Below are positions 45,676-56,004 of a stretch of DNA of 64,000 bases, in pieces. A program made the translations under genes and the position numbers. The stretch lies in assembly GCA_001785865.1 (NCBI GenBank), contig MFUZ01000006.1, forward strand, positions 111,307 to 175,306, written 5' to 3'. This DNA comes from Candidatus Nomurabacteria bacterium RIFCSPLOWO2_01_FULL_41_18. GTDB taxonomy: Bacteria > Patescibacteriota > Minisyncoccia > Phycocordibacterales > UBA9973. Position 1 is the first letter of the stretch; the number at the start of each line of letters is the position of its first letter. The notes beneath the pieces were generated by a model, which ran no database searches, had not been told where the DNA came from, and saw only the letters and a list, made by a program, of their open reading frames with translations.

Positions 45676-46749
45676 CTATTCTTTATTTAAAATCTTCACG
45701 AGTGCGAGTTCTAGTGGCAACTCTGCAATAAAAGCGTTATCTATATTCTGATAAGCTTCGAGCAAAATTGCGAGTGCCGGAGAACGAATCATGCCCGATT
45801 TATCTTTGGAGACTAATTCTTGCAAGAACTCCAAATCAGCTTCGGATAAATCCCCTACCACACTTTCTTTTAATTTTGGGGCATAACGCAGAATTATAGC
45901 CATTCGAAACTTTTGAATTATAAGTTTAAAATATAATTTGATATCTAAATTTGATTCCGATGCAGTTTGGATGGCTTTTATTCCCTTGGATATATCATTG
46001 GAAGCAATCGCAGAAATAAAATCATTTACAAGAGTTGTTTTTGGTGCGCCAGTTATCTTTTCTACATCTTCTCGAGATACTTGCCCCGTCCCGAGCTTGC
46101 TCTGGTGCGGGGTTTTCTTACCATTTCCAATAAAATTTAAAACTTTCTGCAACTCCCCTAACCCATCCCGGAAAGACCCATCCGCTAAAATAGCCAAAAG
46201 TTCTGCGGACCCGCCGTCCAATTCGAAACCTTCTTTCTTTGCCACATCGATAAGCATTTTCTTGCACGCAGTATCAGATGCTTTTTTGAAAGTAAAAACC
46301 TGACAGCGAGAAATAATAGTTTCGGGAACTTTGTGAAGCTCGGTAGTAGCTAAAATAAAAATGACGTGCTTTGGGGGCTCTTCCAGAGTTTTGAGGAGTG
46401 CTCCCCACGCGTCTTTGGAAAGCATATGCACTTCGTCTATTATGTAAACTTTATATTTTGAATCGAAAGGCAAAACTCGCGCGCCATCACGCAAAAGTTT
46501 TATGTCCTCGATGCCTCTGTTTGAGGCAGCGTCTATTTCATATAAATCATTGGGAGATACTCCAATACTTGTGGCAAAAATCCTAGCCACAGAAGTCTTG
46601 CCTGTGCCTCGTGTCCCCACGAAAAGGTACGCGTGAGAGACCTTGTTCGTCTCTACAGAGCTCTCCAAGACCTTTACGATATGATCCTGCCCCAAGACCT
46701 CCTTGAAGCTTTTAGGTCTGTATTTGCGATAAAGTGCCAAGTCATGCAT
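45676..46749 (-). CDS. dnaX: DNA polymerase III subunit gamma/tau, short form. Start at MHDLALYRKYRP.
   Basis: YRPKSFKEVLGQDHIV...HAYLFVGTRGTGKTS clamp-loader AAA+ motifs. Confidence 0.85.
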   Translation of the reverse strand: MHDLALYRKYRPKSFKEVLGQDHIVKVLESSVETNKVSHAYLFVGTRGTGKTSVARIFATSIGVSPNDLYEIDAASNRGIEDIKLLRDGARVLPFDSKYKVYIIDEVHMLSKDAWGALLKTLEEPPKHVIFILATTELHKVPETIISRCQVFTFKKASDTACKKMLIDVAKKEGFELDGGSAELLAILADGSFRDGLGELQKVLNFIGNGKKTPHQSKLGTGQVSREDVEKITGAPKTTLVNDFISAIASNDISKGIKAIQTASESNLDIKLYFKLIIQKFRMAIILRYAPKLKESVVGDLSEADLEFLQELVSKDKSGMIRSPALAILLEAYQNIDNAFIAELPLELALVKILNKE

Positions 46750-46888
46750 GTTTTTGATTATACTCTGTAAGTAATAAAAATACAAAAATTTTTATACAAA
46801 AAAAGGAAAAGGAAAGAGCCACTTTCGTGGCTCGATTTGATTTCGATTCGAAATTTTTTTGAACAGGGTTTCGTTCTGTGTTGCTGGG

Positions 46889-47317
46889 TCAACGAAAAGA
46901 CCAGTCGGAATCTCTGAGGTCTTCGTAATCTACGCTTGACCAAAGAGGTTTGCCAGCTTCTTCAGTCCATTTGTGTAAATAACTGATGATAATCCCCAGA
47001 AATTCCAAAAAGGAAAATGAAAGAAATATCAATAAAATCATCCACAAACCTAATTTGGGATTAAGAATGTAGGCAATCCATATTCCAGCCAATACAAAAT
47101 GATATGGAAGAATCCAATTGTGTGTGCCAATTTTGAGACATTCTGGCCACTTTGAAGATTTTCCTCCAAACTTGTTTTCCCACCGGCTTAGCCTAAAAAG
47201 GCTATCTACTATCGCATACATACACACCAACACATACGACAGGATGTTGAATAGGAACCACAGCACAGAGCCTGCAACTGTGCGGATTGCAAAGAACAGA
47301 TTGTTCATAGTTTTCAT
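46889..47317 (-). CDS. Hypothetical membrane protein. The start is set at the internal MKTMNN.
   Basis: Four hydrophobic helices. Confidence 0.35.
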   Translation of the reverse strand: MKTMNNLFFAIRTVAGSVLWFLFNILSYVLVCMYAIVDSLFRLSRWENKFGGKSSKWPECLKIGTHNWILPYHFVLAGIWIAYILNPKLGLWMILLIFLSFSFLEFLGIIISYLHKWTEEAGKPLWSSVDYEDLRDSDWSFR

Positions 47318-47433
47318 AGATTTTTCAGAGTGTTTCGTTTTCCTGTTGTAAAAGAACGAGCTCCGCCAAGAGCTCGGATTATCCCTTACTCCAGGTTTGT
47401 TTACATAAACACTAGAAAAAAAGTGCTCAAAAG

Positions 47434-48435
47434 TCAATCTTGCTTTAGAAAATCGTTTATTACATTTTCCACCTGTTTTGAATTCTCAGTTTCCATCAAT
47501 TTTACCCTCAATTCTTTAGCTCCATCAAAACCGTTTACATATGCTTTAAAATGTTTTTTCATTGTCGCAAAATTCTTATGTTTAGGTTTCAAAAGTTCTT
47601 TTTCAAAAATCTGTACATGTTCCAGGAGAACTTGCAGTTTATCTTCTAAAGTTATTGGAGAATCAAAATAAGTAGGGTTGAAAACCCAAGGATTGCCAAA
47701 CATTGCTCTACCTAGCATTACTCCATCACAACCATATTCTTTATATTTCCTCCTAGCGTCGTCAATATCTGCGACATCACCATTTCCAATAAGTAAAACA
47801 TTTTTTCCACTTTTTTGAATAAGTTTTTTTATTTTTTCAATATGTTCCCAATGAGCTCCCACAAGTGACAACTCTTTAGAAGTCCGTAGATGAATAGTCA
47901 GAGCAGAAATGTCTTCTTTCAGAAGTTCTGGAATCCATGAGTCGATTTCTTCTTTATTAAAACCCACTCTCGTTTTGACTGATACAGGGATGTTTACTCC
48001 AGCGGATTTTATCCCAGCATGAACTGCTTGAATGATCTCTCTCGCACGCGCCGGATTTTTTATATGTCCCGCTCCGGCACCCTGACTCACTACTGATTTG
48101 TCTGGACAACCCATATTTATATCTATTCCATCAAAACCCAAGCTGGCGACATACTGGCAAGCCTTCTTCATCTTTTCTGGATTAGCACCGAAAATTTGAG
48201 CCACAATCGGCCGTTCACCCTCACTGAATTCAAGCATATGTGATAATTTTTTTCTACCGAGAGGATCAGCTAAACCATCCGCTGATACGAATTCAGTCCA
48301 AAAAACAATTTTGTTTCTATTTTCTCTATTTTTGCTGTATTTGGCTATGATGCGACGAAAAGCGATGTCAGTAACATCTGACATTGGTGCAAGGCAGAAA
48401 AAAGGTTTATCTAATTTTTCCCAAAAGTTCTGCAT
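47434..48435 (-). CDS. tRNA-dihydrouridine synthase.
   Basis: FCLAPMSDVTDIAFRRI... TIM-barrel Dus family with a catalytic Cys region (MGCPDKSV). Confidence 0.85.
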   Translation of the reverse strand: MQNFWEKLDKPFFCLAPMSDVTDIAFRRIIAKYSKNRENRNKIVFWTEFVSADGLADPLGRKKLSHMLEFSEGERPIVAQIFGANPEKMKKACQYVASLGFDGIDINMGCPDKSVVSQGAGAGHIKNPARAREIIQAVHAGIKSAGVNIPVSVKTRVGFNKEEIDSWIPELLKEDISALTIHLRTSKELSLVGAHWEHIEKIKKLIQKSGKNVLLIGNGDVADIDDARRKYKEYGCDGVMLGRAMFGNPWVFNPTYFDSPITLEDKLQVLLEHVQIFEKELLKPKHKNFATMKKHFKAYVNGFDGAKELRVKLMETENSKQVENVINDFLKQD

Positions 48436-48438
48436 ATT

Positions 48439-49308
48439 TTAGCGGAACTTGTAATATACCTTATTGCCTATCCTTAAATCAATGTAAAGGAGCGATGAAT
48501 ATTTGTTCTTGAGATTTGATTTGAGCGGTTCGGTATTGAGCGCGGTCTCCAAATTCTCAGCAATTTTTTGAAAATCGGCATCAGATTTGAAAATTATTTC
48601 TGGCTCGGTCGGCTGGGTCCGACCCGAAAGGAATACCTTAGCATCTCCGGAATCTTCTTTATATAACGCGACTGGCTTCAGCCCCAGATTCTCCAGAGTT
48701 TGCTTCAAGAGAATAAATTTCCTAAAATTATCCTTTAAAAAATACGAGCCAAGCGGATTGTCTGTGTTCGAATCGGTAGAACCGTAGAATTTGAAATATA
48801 CCTCTCCGGAGAAATATGGAGCTTTGTTAAAAATAAAGCCAGTATCATCTAAAAAATAACATGGGAGTTTCTCGTTATCCATGCGAAGCGCCGAAGGCAT
48901 TTTGCCGCACCAGGTATACGAGGCTACTCGTTCAGCTAAAGAAATTTTCAAGGTTCGCTTTCCGTCGATCGAGATATGCGCCTCCTTGATGCTCTTAAAT
49001 TCATTCATTAAAGCGTTTTTAATAGAATTTTTTGGGTAAAAAAATACATTAGATTTTGGAAAAAACCACACATAGTTGTCCGCAATTTCTTTTTCCACAA
49101 TAGATCGCATTATGGCGACATCAGCCTGCTTGCTGTCATCCACTTCAATTTCCTTGATATTGAGCACTGGCAGACGCGAGATATAGGCGAAGATGGCAAA
49201 CACTGAACAAAATACCACGAGACAAAGAAATATCTTGCTTGCAAAAATCTTGCGTCGCTGCTTTTTTAATTCAACAAGTTTCGGAGAATTTAAATTATGT
49301 CGCTTCAT
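48439..49308 (-). CDS. FtsQ/DivIB-like cell-division protein (TM plus POTRA).
   Basis: An N-terminal basic region, a single TM helix, and a POTRA-like sequence 'LNIKEIEVDD...'. Confidence 0.4.
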   Translation of the reverse strand: MKRHNLNSPKLVELKKQRRKIFASKIFLCLVVFCSVFAIFAYISRLPVLNIKEIEVDDSKQADVAIMRSIVEKEIADNYVWFFPKSNVFFYPKNSIKNALMNEFKSIKEAHISIDGKRTLKISLAERVASYTWCGKMPSALRMDNEKLPCYFLDDTGFIFNKAPYFSGEVYFKFYGSTDSNTDNPLGSYFLKDNFRKFILLKQTLENLGLKPVALYKEDSGDAKVFLSGRTQPTEPEIIFKSDADFQKIAENLETALNTEPLKSNLKNKYSSLLYIDLRIGNKVYYKFR

Positions 49309-50615
49309 TTAATGAATTCTTTTCCTCCCATATATTTTCGTAAAACCTCTGGGATTTTTACAGAACCGTCCGCCTGCTGATAGTTTTCTATGATAGCAAT
49401 CAGCGTTCGGCCCATAGCACAAGCGGTGGCGTCATTCATATGAACGAGTTCTATTTTCCCATCTGTACGCTTTACTCTAGTATTCAATCTGCGGGATTGA
49501 AAACTGGTCATCAGGTCTGACGTATGCGTTTCTCTGAAAGTATCTTGCCCCGGCATCCACGTATTTATATCTATCTGCCTATAATCAGGCTTGCCCATGT
49601 CTCCAGTGCAGATTGCCATAACTTCGTAAGGAAGATTCAACGCTTGCAAGAAATATTCTTGAATAGCAACAAAAAAATCTTGTTCTTGGATAGAAGTCTC
49701 GGGTAAACAAAAACTTTCCATTTCGAGTTTTTCAAACTGGTGAACTCGTAATATTCCTTTCACATCTTTGCCGTGGCTACCCGCTTCCCGTCTAAATGCA
49801 GGAGAATATCCTACATAGCGCACAGGCATTTGTTTTTCATTTAAAATTTGATTCATATGCATGGGTCCCAGCGTGTGCTCGGCACTGCCTATCAAATACA
49901 TATCATCGACTTGCATGTGATACTTATCTTCTTTGGGGTCAAGTCTCCCCATTTTCAAATATGTATTCGGTTTGATCATAAATGGAGGAATGACGGGGGT
50001 AAATGGTTTGGTGCTTACATTGATATTTTTTTCTTTTGAGATTCTTTCCAAAATTTTTTCATTCGTAAGTATCTCAAATAGAAAATTAATCAAAGCAAAT
50101 TGCAACAAAACCATATCGCCTTTTATGTATGTAAATCTTGTTCCTGAAACTTCCGCCGCAGTTTCATTGTCTAAAACATCTAGATTTTTTCCAATCTCAT
50201 AATGCTCTTTCGGAGTAAAATCAAATTTTGTTTTTTCGCCCCAACTTCGTATAACTTTGTTACCAGACTCATCTGACCCTTCTGGTGTGTCCGGAGAAGG
50301 CACATTCGGTATTTGAAGCATTATTTTCTGCCATTCTTCCACTGTTTTCTTTAATTTTTCTTCTCTTGTCTTTATATCTTCTTTTACTGTCCGCATTTCT
50401 TCTATGAGCTGGATTTTGAGCGCTGAATCTTGATTACGAGATATGTCATTGGAAACTTTGTTGACTTCTGCTCGTAAGTTTTCTATTTCTTTAAGTTGTT
50501 CTAGCCGTTCGTCGTCAATGACAATAAGCGCGTCAATATCCACCTCCACGCGCTTTTTTTTCGCGCCTTCCTGTACTACCTCTTTATTTTCACGAATGAA
50601 TTTTATGTCTAACAT
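49305..50615 (-). CDS. serS: Seryl-tRNA synthetase.
   Basis: N-terminal coiled coil (MLDIKFIREN...) and class II aaRS motifs. Confidence 0.9.
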   Translation of the reverse strand: MLDIKFIRENKEVVQEGAKKKRVEVDIDALIVIDDERLEQLKEIENLRAEVNKVSNDISRNQDSALKIQLIEEMRTVKEDIKTREEKLKKTVEEWQKIMLQIPNVPSPDTPEGSDESGNKVIRSWGEKTKFDFTPKEHYEIGKNLDVLDNETAAEVSGTRFTYIKGDMVLLQFALINFLFEILTNEKILERISKEKNINVSTKPFTPVIPPFMIKPNTYLKMGRLDPKEDKYHMQVDDMYLIGSAEHTLGPMHMNQILNEKQMPVRYVGYSPAFRREAGSHGKDVKGILRVHQFEKLEMESFCLPETSIQEQDFFVAIQEYFLQALNLPYEVMAICTGDMGKPDYRQIDINTWMPGQDTFRETHTSDLMTSFQSRRLNTRVKRTDGKIELVHMNDATACAMGRTLIAIIENYQQADGSVKIPEVLRKYMGGKEFIK

Positions 50616-50778
50616 AATTTATAGTATATAATAAAATTGATATAATTCAAATGAAAGAGGTTGTGTGTAATATTTCGAATGCGGAAGCCTGCCCGACTGT
50701 ATCATTCATTCAGGCGGGGTTCCAACCGAAGGTTGGAGGAAAGCATAAAAATGCCATATTAATTTTCTTAAATTTTTT

Positions 50779-51648
50779 ATGAAATATAATTTAAAAATCC
50801 TAGAAAAAAAAGAAATACCCGAGGATTTGCGTGAGATTCCTCAACCGCCTAAAAAACTTTATCTCTGGGGAAAGTTGCCGAAGGAGGGCACAATCTGTTT
50901 GGCTGTGGTAGGTTCGAGGAAGGCCACCACATACGGCAAGGACGCGGTGCGCAAATTGATTTCAGGACTAAAGGGATATCCTATCGCCATAGTTTCCGGC
51001 CTTGCTGTCGGCATAGATGCATTGTCCCATGAAGCTGCATTAGATGCCGGACTTGGTACGGTGGCATTCCCTGGTTCAGGAATTTCCGACGCAGCACTAT
51101 CTTATAATCCGAATATTAGATTGATCAAACGGATAATTGATTCCGGGGGATGCTTAATTTCAGAATTTGAACCGGAAACCAAGGCGGCTTACTATACTTT
51201 TCCAATGAGGAATCGATTAGTCGCTGGACTTTCTAAAGCTTCGCTCATAATAGAAGCCCAGGAAAAGTCCGGCACCCTGATCACTGCTCGGATGACGCTA
51301 GATTACAATCGCGAGGTGCTAGCTGTGCCAGGCCCAATAAATTCTGATTATTCCAAAGGTACAAACAGATTGATCAGGCAAGGAGCTACACCGATAACTT
51401 GCAGTGATGATATTTTAGAAGCGCTTGGATTTAAAATAGACCAGGAAAGCAAACAAAAAAGCCTTTTTGAAGATGCCCTGCCAGAGGAAAAAAAAATACT
51501 AAAAATACTTACCGAGCCACTACCTCGTGATGAATTGATCCGTATGATGAAGATGCCCACAGGCGCCGCAAATGCGACACTTTCCGTCATGGAAATAAAG
51601 GGGTTGATAAAAGAAGAGCTCGGAGAAATTCGCGCTAGTTTTTTGTAA
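50779..51648 (+). CDS. dprA: DNA-processing protein DprA (Smf).
   Basis: Rossmann-like DprA core VGSRKATTYG...IVSGLAVGIDALSHEAAL. Confidence 0.85.
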   Translation: MKYNLKILEKKEIPEDLREIPQPPKKLYLWGKLPKEGTICLAVVGSRKATTYGKDAVRKLISGLKGYPIAIVSGLAVGIDALSHEAALDAGLGTVAFPGSGISDAALSYNPNIRLIKRIIDSGGCLISEFEPETKAAYYTFPMRNRLVAGLSKASLIIEAQEKSGTLITARMTLDYNREVLAVPGPINSDYSKGTNRLIRQGATPITCSDDILEALGFKIDQESKQKSLFEDALPEEKKILKILTEPLPRDELIRMMKMPTGAANATLSVMEIKGLIKEELGEIRASFL

Positions 51649-51700
51649 TAAAAATTTTTTGTATTTGCATTAAAAAACTATTTCGTGTAATACTGAGTAA

Positions 51701-53917
51701 ATGAAATTGTTGATTGTCGAGTCGCCTTCGAAAGCAAAGACTATCGAAAAATATTTGGACGGCGCTTTTACTGTGCGCGCGTCGGTGGGGCATATTCGCG
51801 ATCTACCGAAGTCAAATAAAAAAGCAATAGACATAGAAGGCGGATTTATCCCACATTACGAAATTTCTAAGGGTAAAGAAAAAGTTGTATCTGATCTACG
51901 AAATTTGGCTTCAAAAGCGACTGAAATAATACTAGCGACAGATCCTGACCGTGAAGGAGAAGCTATAGCTTGGCACATAGAGACGCTTTTAAATGAAGAT
52001 AGAAAGATAGAAGCCCCGATAGAACGGGTGGCTTTTTATGAAATTACCAAAGATGCAGTAACTGAAGCATTAAAAAGTCCGCGTAAAATTGACACAAATT
52101 TACGTAAAGCTCAAGAGGCGCGTAGAGTGCTGGACAGACTTGTGGGCTATGATCTTTCTGGACTCATTTGGAAAAAAGTTCGTTATGGACTTTCGGCCGG
52201 ACGGGTTCAATCTCCTGCGCTTCGTATAATAATGGAGCGTGAGCGTGAAATTCGCGCTTTCGTTCCGGAGAAATTTTGGAGAATTTTGGGACTTTTTGAA
52301 ACAAAAAGGAGTGAAAAACTAACTCTAGAATGCAGTGAGGAGCCTCGTGATGAAAAATTAGTAGAGAAAATACTAGAAATTGGAAAATCAGGAGACTGGA
52401 TTGTGAAAGATATAAAAGAATCTGAACAAAAACGTTCTTCGCGCGCGCCTTTTACCACTTCTACATTGCAACAAACTGCTAGCTCACGTTTGGGGTATTC
52501 CCCTTCACGCACCATGCAAATAGCTCAAAAGCTTTACGAAGCTGGACACATCACATATATGCGCACAGATAGCACAAATCTTTCTGCAGTCGCTCAAGGG
52601 CAAATAGTTTCTTTTATTCAAAAGAAATACGGTAATGAATATGCAGAAGCTAAAATTTATAAAGCAAAATCAAAAAATGCTCAAGAAGCTCACGAAGCAA
52701 TACGTCCTACACACATAGAAAACATGATTGTGGGTACTGATGAACAAGATAAGCTGTATAGATTGATCTGGGAACGTGTAGTATCTTCTCAAATGACTGA
52801 TGCAAAACTATTGAAAACAAAAATTACAGCAATAATTAATGATCATGAAGATTTGCCAGCTTTTTATGCAAATGGTTCAAGATTACTTTTCCCTGGATGG
52901 CTCAAAGTAGATAGCGATGCTCGAGGTGATGATGTGGAACTGCCTATTTGTAAAATGGGTGAAGAATTAAAATTACTAGATTTGAAAAGTGAAGAAAAGT
53001 TTACCGAACCACCAGGTAGATATAGTGAAGCAGGTTTAGTTAAAGAACTTGAGGCTAGAGGAATAGGCCGACCTTCCACTTATGCATCTATCATGAAAAC
53101 CATTGAGGAAAGAGGTTATGTAAATAAAGAGGGCAAAACTTTATTCCCGACGGATGTAGGTGAAGTCGTGTCGGACTTTTTGGAGAAACATTTTATGAAT
53201 TATATTTCTGATAGTTTTACCGCAGAAATGGAAGACGAATTGGATGAAATTTCTCGAGGCGAGCGTGAGTATGAAAAAACCTTGAAAGATTTTTATGGGC
53301 CATTTTTGAAAGACGTAAAATCGAAAGAAAAACTAGAAAAAGCTACAAACTTGGGTGATGCGCCGGAGGGTATCAAATGCCCGAAGTGCGGAAGTTCAAT
53401 GATTGTAAAACTTTCCCGAGGGGGTAAATTTTATTCTTGTTCAAAATATCCAGATTGCGATGGAGCTTTGATGCTAGACGGTACAGAATTAAAAGGCCCA
53501 AAAGAAACTGGAGAAATGTGTCCAGAGTGTGGAGAAAAGAAGGGCAAATCCGGAGGCGGTAAGCTTGTAGTACGAGAAAGGCGTGATGGTACTGGTACTT
53601 TTATTTCTTGTTCACGATATCCAAAATGCAAATTCATAAAGAGTGACGAAGCTGATGCAGCTAAAAAGAGGACGGGTGTAATGTGCCCTATTTGTAAAAC
53701 CGGAGACATCAGCGAAAGACGTGGTAGATTTGGCATCTTCTATTCCTGTTCAAATTATCCAAAATGTAAGTTTGCTATAAAGGCCAAGCCTACGGGCGCA
53801 ATATGTAAAGAATGCGGAAGTTTGATGATGGAAGGTACGAAAACTATTCCCGAACGCTGTTCAAACAAGGCATGTGTTATGCACAATCCTCATAAGATAA
53901 AGAAAATAGAGGATTAA
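51701..53917 (+). CDS. topA: DNA topoisomerase I with a C-terminal array of zinc ribbons.
   Basis: TOPRIM domain (MKLLIVESPSKAKTI), a catalytic Tyr region, and C-terminal C4 zinc ribbons (at least three: CPKCGS...CSKYPDC, CPECG...CSRYPKC, CPICK...CSNYPKC). Confidence 0.9.
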   Translation: MKLLIVESPSKAKTIEKYLDGAFTVRASVGHIRDLPKSNKKAIDIEGGFIPHYEISKGKEKVVSDLRNLASKATEIILATDPDREGEAIAWHIETLLNEDRKIEAPIERVAFYEITKDAVTEALKSPRKIDTNLRKAQEARRVLDRLVGYDLSGLIWKKVRYGLSAGRVQSPALRIIMEREREIRAFVPEKFWRILGLFETKRSEKLTLECSEEPRDEKLVEKILEIGKSGDWIVKDIKESEQKRSSRAPFTTSTLQQTASSRLGYSPSRTMQIAQKLYEAGHITYMRTDSTNLSAVAQGQIVSFIQKKYGNEYAEAKIYKAKSKNAQEAHEAIRPTHIENMIVGTDEQDKLYRLIWERVVSSQMTDAKLLKTKITAIINDHEDLPAFYANGSRLLFPGWLKVDSDARGDDVELPICKMGEELKLLDLKSEEKFTEPPGRYSEAGLVKELEARGIGRPSTYASIMKTIEERGYVNKEGKTLFPTDVGEVVSDFLEKHFMNYISDSFTAEMEDELDEISRGEREYEKTLKDFYGPFLKDVKSKEKLEKATNLGDAPEGIKCPKCGSSMIVKLSRGGKFYSCSKYPDCDGALMLDGTELKGPKETGEMCPECGEKKGKSGGGKLVVRERRDGTGTFISCSRYPKCKFIKSDEADAAKKRTGVMCPICKTGDISERRGRFGIFYSCSNYPKCKFAIKAKPTGAICKECGSLMMEGTKTIPERCSNKACVMHNPHKIKKIED

Positions 53918-53973
53918 AAAGAGAAAAGACCGGTGGAAGCCTCACCAGCTTCTCTCCGGTCCTTCGATAGACC

Positions 53974-54411
53974 TTATTGTTGAGGCAAAAACATTACCAA
54001 TGCTTCGCCTTTGACCACTGTCTTTCCTTCCGCGGAGGATGTGCAACTGAGCTTGACGAAACTCCTTCGTGTGTCAATACTTTTAATTTCGACTCGCGTG
54101 ACCACTTGTGTTCCGATAATTACCGCCCCTCGAAACTTTAAGCAGAGCGAAACTAAAACGGTTCCGAGACCCGGCAGTTCTGTGCCGATTAGTGCCGACA
54201 TGTAAGAGCCCAGAAGAGCTCCATGAACGATGCACTTTTTGAACGGCGTTTTCTCCGCATAAGACTGGTCAAGATGTATCAGATTATGATCGCCTGAAGC
54301 ATCAGCGAAGGCCCAGACAGCATTATCCGTCGGGGTTCTTGTTGAAGAAGCCGACATGCCAACAGACAGCTGACTCAACTTCCAACCTGTTTTTTCCATA
54401 ATTGTTATCAT
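53974..54411 (-). CDS. MaoC-like hotdog-fold dehydratase.
   Basis: 'DHNLIHLD...IVHG' MaoC motif. The region is GC-rich relative to its flanks. Confidence 0.6.
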   Translation of the reverse strand: MITIMEKTGWKLSQLSVGMSASSTRTPTDNAVWAFADASGDHNLIHLDQSYAEKTPFKKCIVHGALLGSYMSALIGTELPGLGTVLVSLCLKFRGAVIIGTQVVTRVEIKSIDTRRSFVKLSCTSSAEGKTVVKGEALVMFLPQQ

Positions 54412-54529
54412 TTGCTAGGGCTCCTTTCAAGCCCTAAAGAGCATTTTTTATTGTTTCCAACGTTTAAAATAGTTTACAATTTTAAAGTAATTTGTCAACT
54501 AATAAATGAAGTGATACAATCAAACTGTC

Positions 54530-55996
54530 ATGCCAGAGGTAAAAGAAATTTTAGACCTCATGGAGGTCAAAAATAAGAAGGATGAGGAGCTCATCACAAA
54601 AGCATATGAGTTTGCAAAAAGAGCGCATGAAGACCAAAAGAGAATGAGTGGGGATCCCTATTTTATCCATCCGGTAGAAACTGCAAAAATTCTGGCTTCC
54701 CTCGGAGTAGATGCGCAAACCATTGCGAGCGGGCTCCTACATGATGTTCTTGAAGACACCAAAACAACGGAAGAGGGACTAGAGAAAGAATTTGGCTCTG
54801 AAATACTTTTCCTGGTAAATGGCGTGACCAAGCTCGGAACCTTGAAATACAGGGGGCACCAAAGGCATGTGGAAAGCTTGCGGAAATTTTTTGTTGCAAT
54901 ATCTAGCGACCTTCGAGTAGTCATGATCAAATTCTCCGATCGACTGCACAATTTGAGAACATTACAGTTCTTAAACGAAGACAAGAGAAAAAGGATAGCT
55001 ATCGAATCGATCGAAGTGTATGCTCCGCTCGCAAACCGCCTCGGTATGTGGAAATTGAAAGGAGAAATGGAGGATGCGGCGTTTCCTTACGCATATCCGA
55101 AGGAATACGCCCAGATTGAAGAAATAATAAAGGACCACAAGGCATTGTACGATAAAAATCTTTCGGAAGTAAGAAGGGAGCTCGAAAAAGAATTTGTAAA
55201 GAACAAGATTAATATTGTAAAGATGAGCTACCGGATGAAGCACAAATATAGCTTGTGGAAAAAGCTCGTCAAGCGAGAGATGGATATAGAAAAAATAAAT
55301 GACATCGTCGCCCTGCGTGTGATCGTGGAAACTGTGGAAGAATGCTACCGGGTCTTGGGATTGATCCATTCGATTTGGAAGCCGCTTCCGGGCAGGATCA
55401 AAGACTTTATTGCCACCCCAAAGCCAAACGGATATCGTTCTATCCACACCACCGTCTTTACTGGCTCGGGCGGTATCGCAGAAATCCAGATCCGGACACG
55501 AGAAATGCACAAAGAAGCCGTCTATGGAGTAGCGGCCTACTTCGCTTACAAGGAACAGAACGGAGGTAAAAATTTGAACGAAAAGCTTAAATTAAAATGG
55601 CTTGAGGAGTTGAATGCCCTAAATTATCCCCCCGATGATCCGAATACGTTTACCGAAAAACTAAAAATGGATTTCTTTAATGATCGTATTTTTATTTTTA
55701 CTCCAGAGGGAGACGTGGTAGATCTGCCGGAAGGCTCGACTCCGATAGATTTCGCTTATTCCATTCACTCAGACATCGGAGACCACATTTCTGGTGCCAC
55801 TATTAATGGAAAAATGTCCCAAATATTTTCAAAATTAAAAAATAGAGATATCGTAAAAATTATTACAAAAAAAGACGCTCAACCCTCGAGCAAGTGGCTA
55901 AAATATGCCAAAACTACTCTCGCTCAAAAGCACATCAGGTCATATCTCGAAAAGAACAGCTTGCTTAAAAGACTCAGATCTTTTGGAAAAAAATAG
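54530..55996 (+). CDS. rel: Bifunctional (p)ppGpp synthetase/hydrolase of the Rel/SpoT family, short form (HD, synthetase and TGS domains, no ACT).
   Basis: HD motif (HPVETAKILASLGVD...LHDVLEDT), synthetase motif (RSIHTTV...), and a TGS domain. Confidence 0.85.
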   Translation: MPEVKEILDLMEVKNKKDEELITKAYEFAKRAHEDQKRMSGDPYFIHPVETAKILASLGVDAQTIASGLLHDVLEDTKTTEEGLEKEFGSEILFLVNGVTKLGTLKYRGHQRHVESLRKFFVAISSDLRVVMIKFSDRLHNLRTLQFLNEDKRKRIAIESIEVYAPLANRLGMWKLKGEMEDAAFPYAYPKEYAQIEEIIKDHKALYDKNLSEVRRELEKEFVKNKINIVKMSYRMKHKYSLWKKLVKREMDIEKINDIVALRVIVETVEECYRVLGLIHSIWKPLPGRIKDFIATPKPNGYRSIHTTVFTGSGGIAEIQIRTREMHKEAVYGVAAYFAYKEQNGGKNLNEKLKLKWLEELNALNYPPDDPNTFTEKLKMDFFNDRIFIFTPEGDVVDLPEGSTPIDFAYSIHSDIGDHISGATINGKMSQIFSKLKNRDIVKIITKKDAQPSSKWLKYAKTTLAQKHIRSYLEKNSLLKRLRSFGKK

Positions 55997-56004
55997 AAGA
56001 GAAT

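Noticed and set aside
50616-50778. T-box riboswitch upstream of serS.
   Set aside because: The region is too short (about 160 nt) and lacks the specifier-loop and T-box consensus sequence. Only generic hairpins were found.
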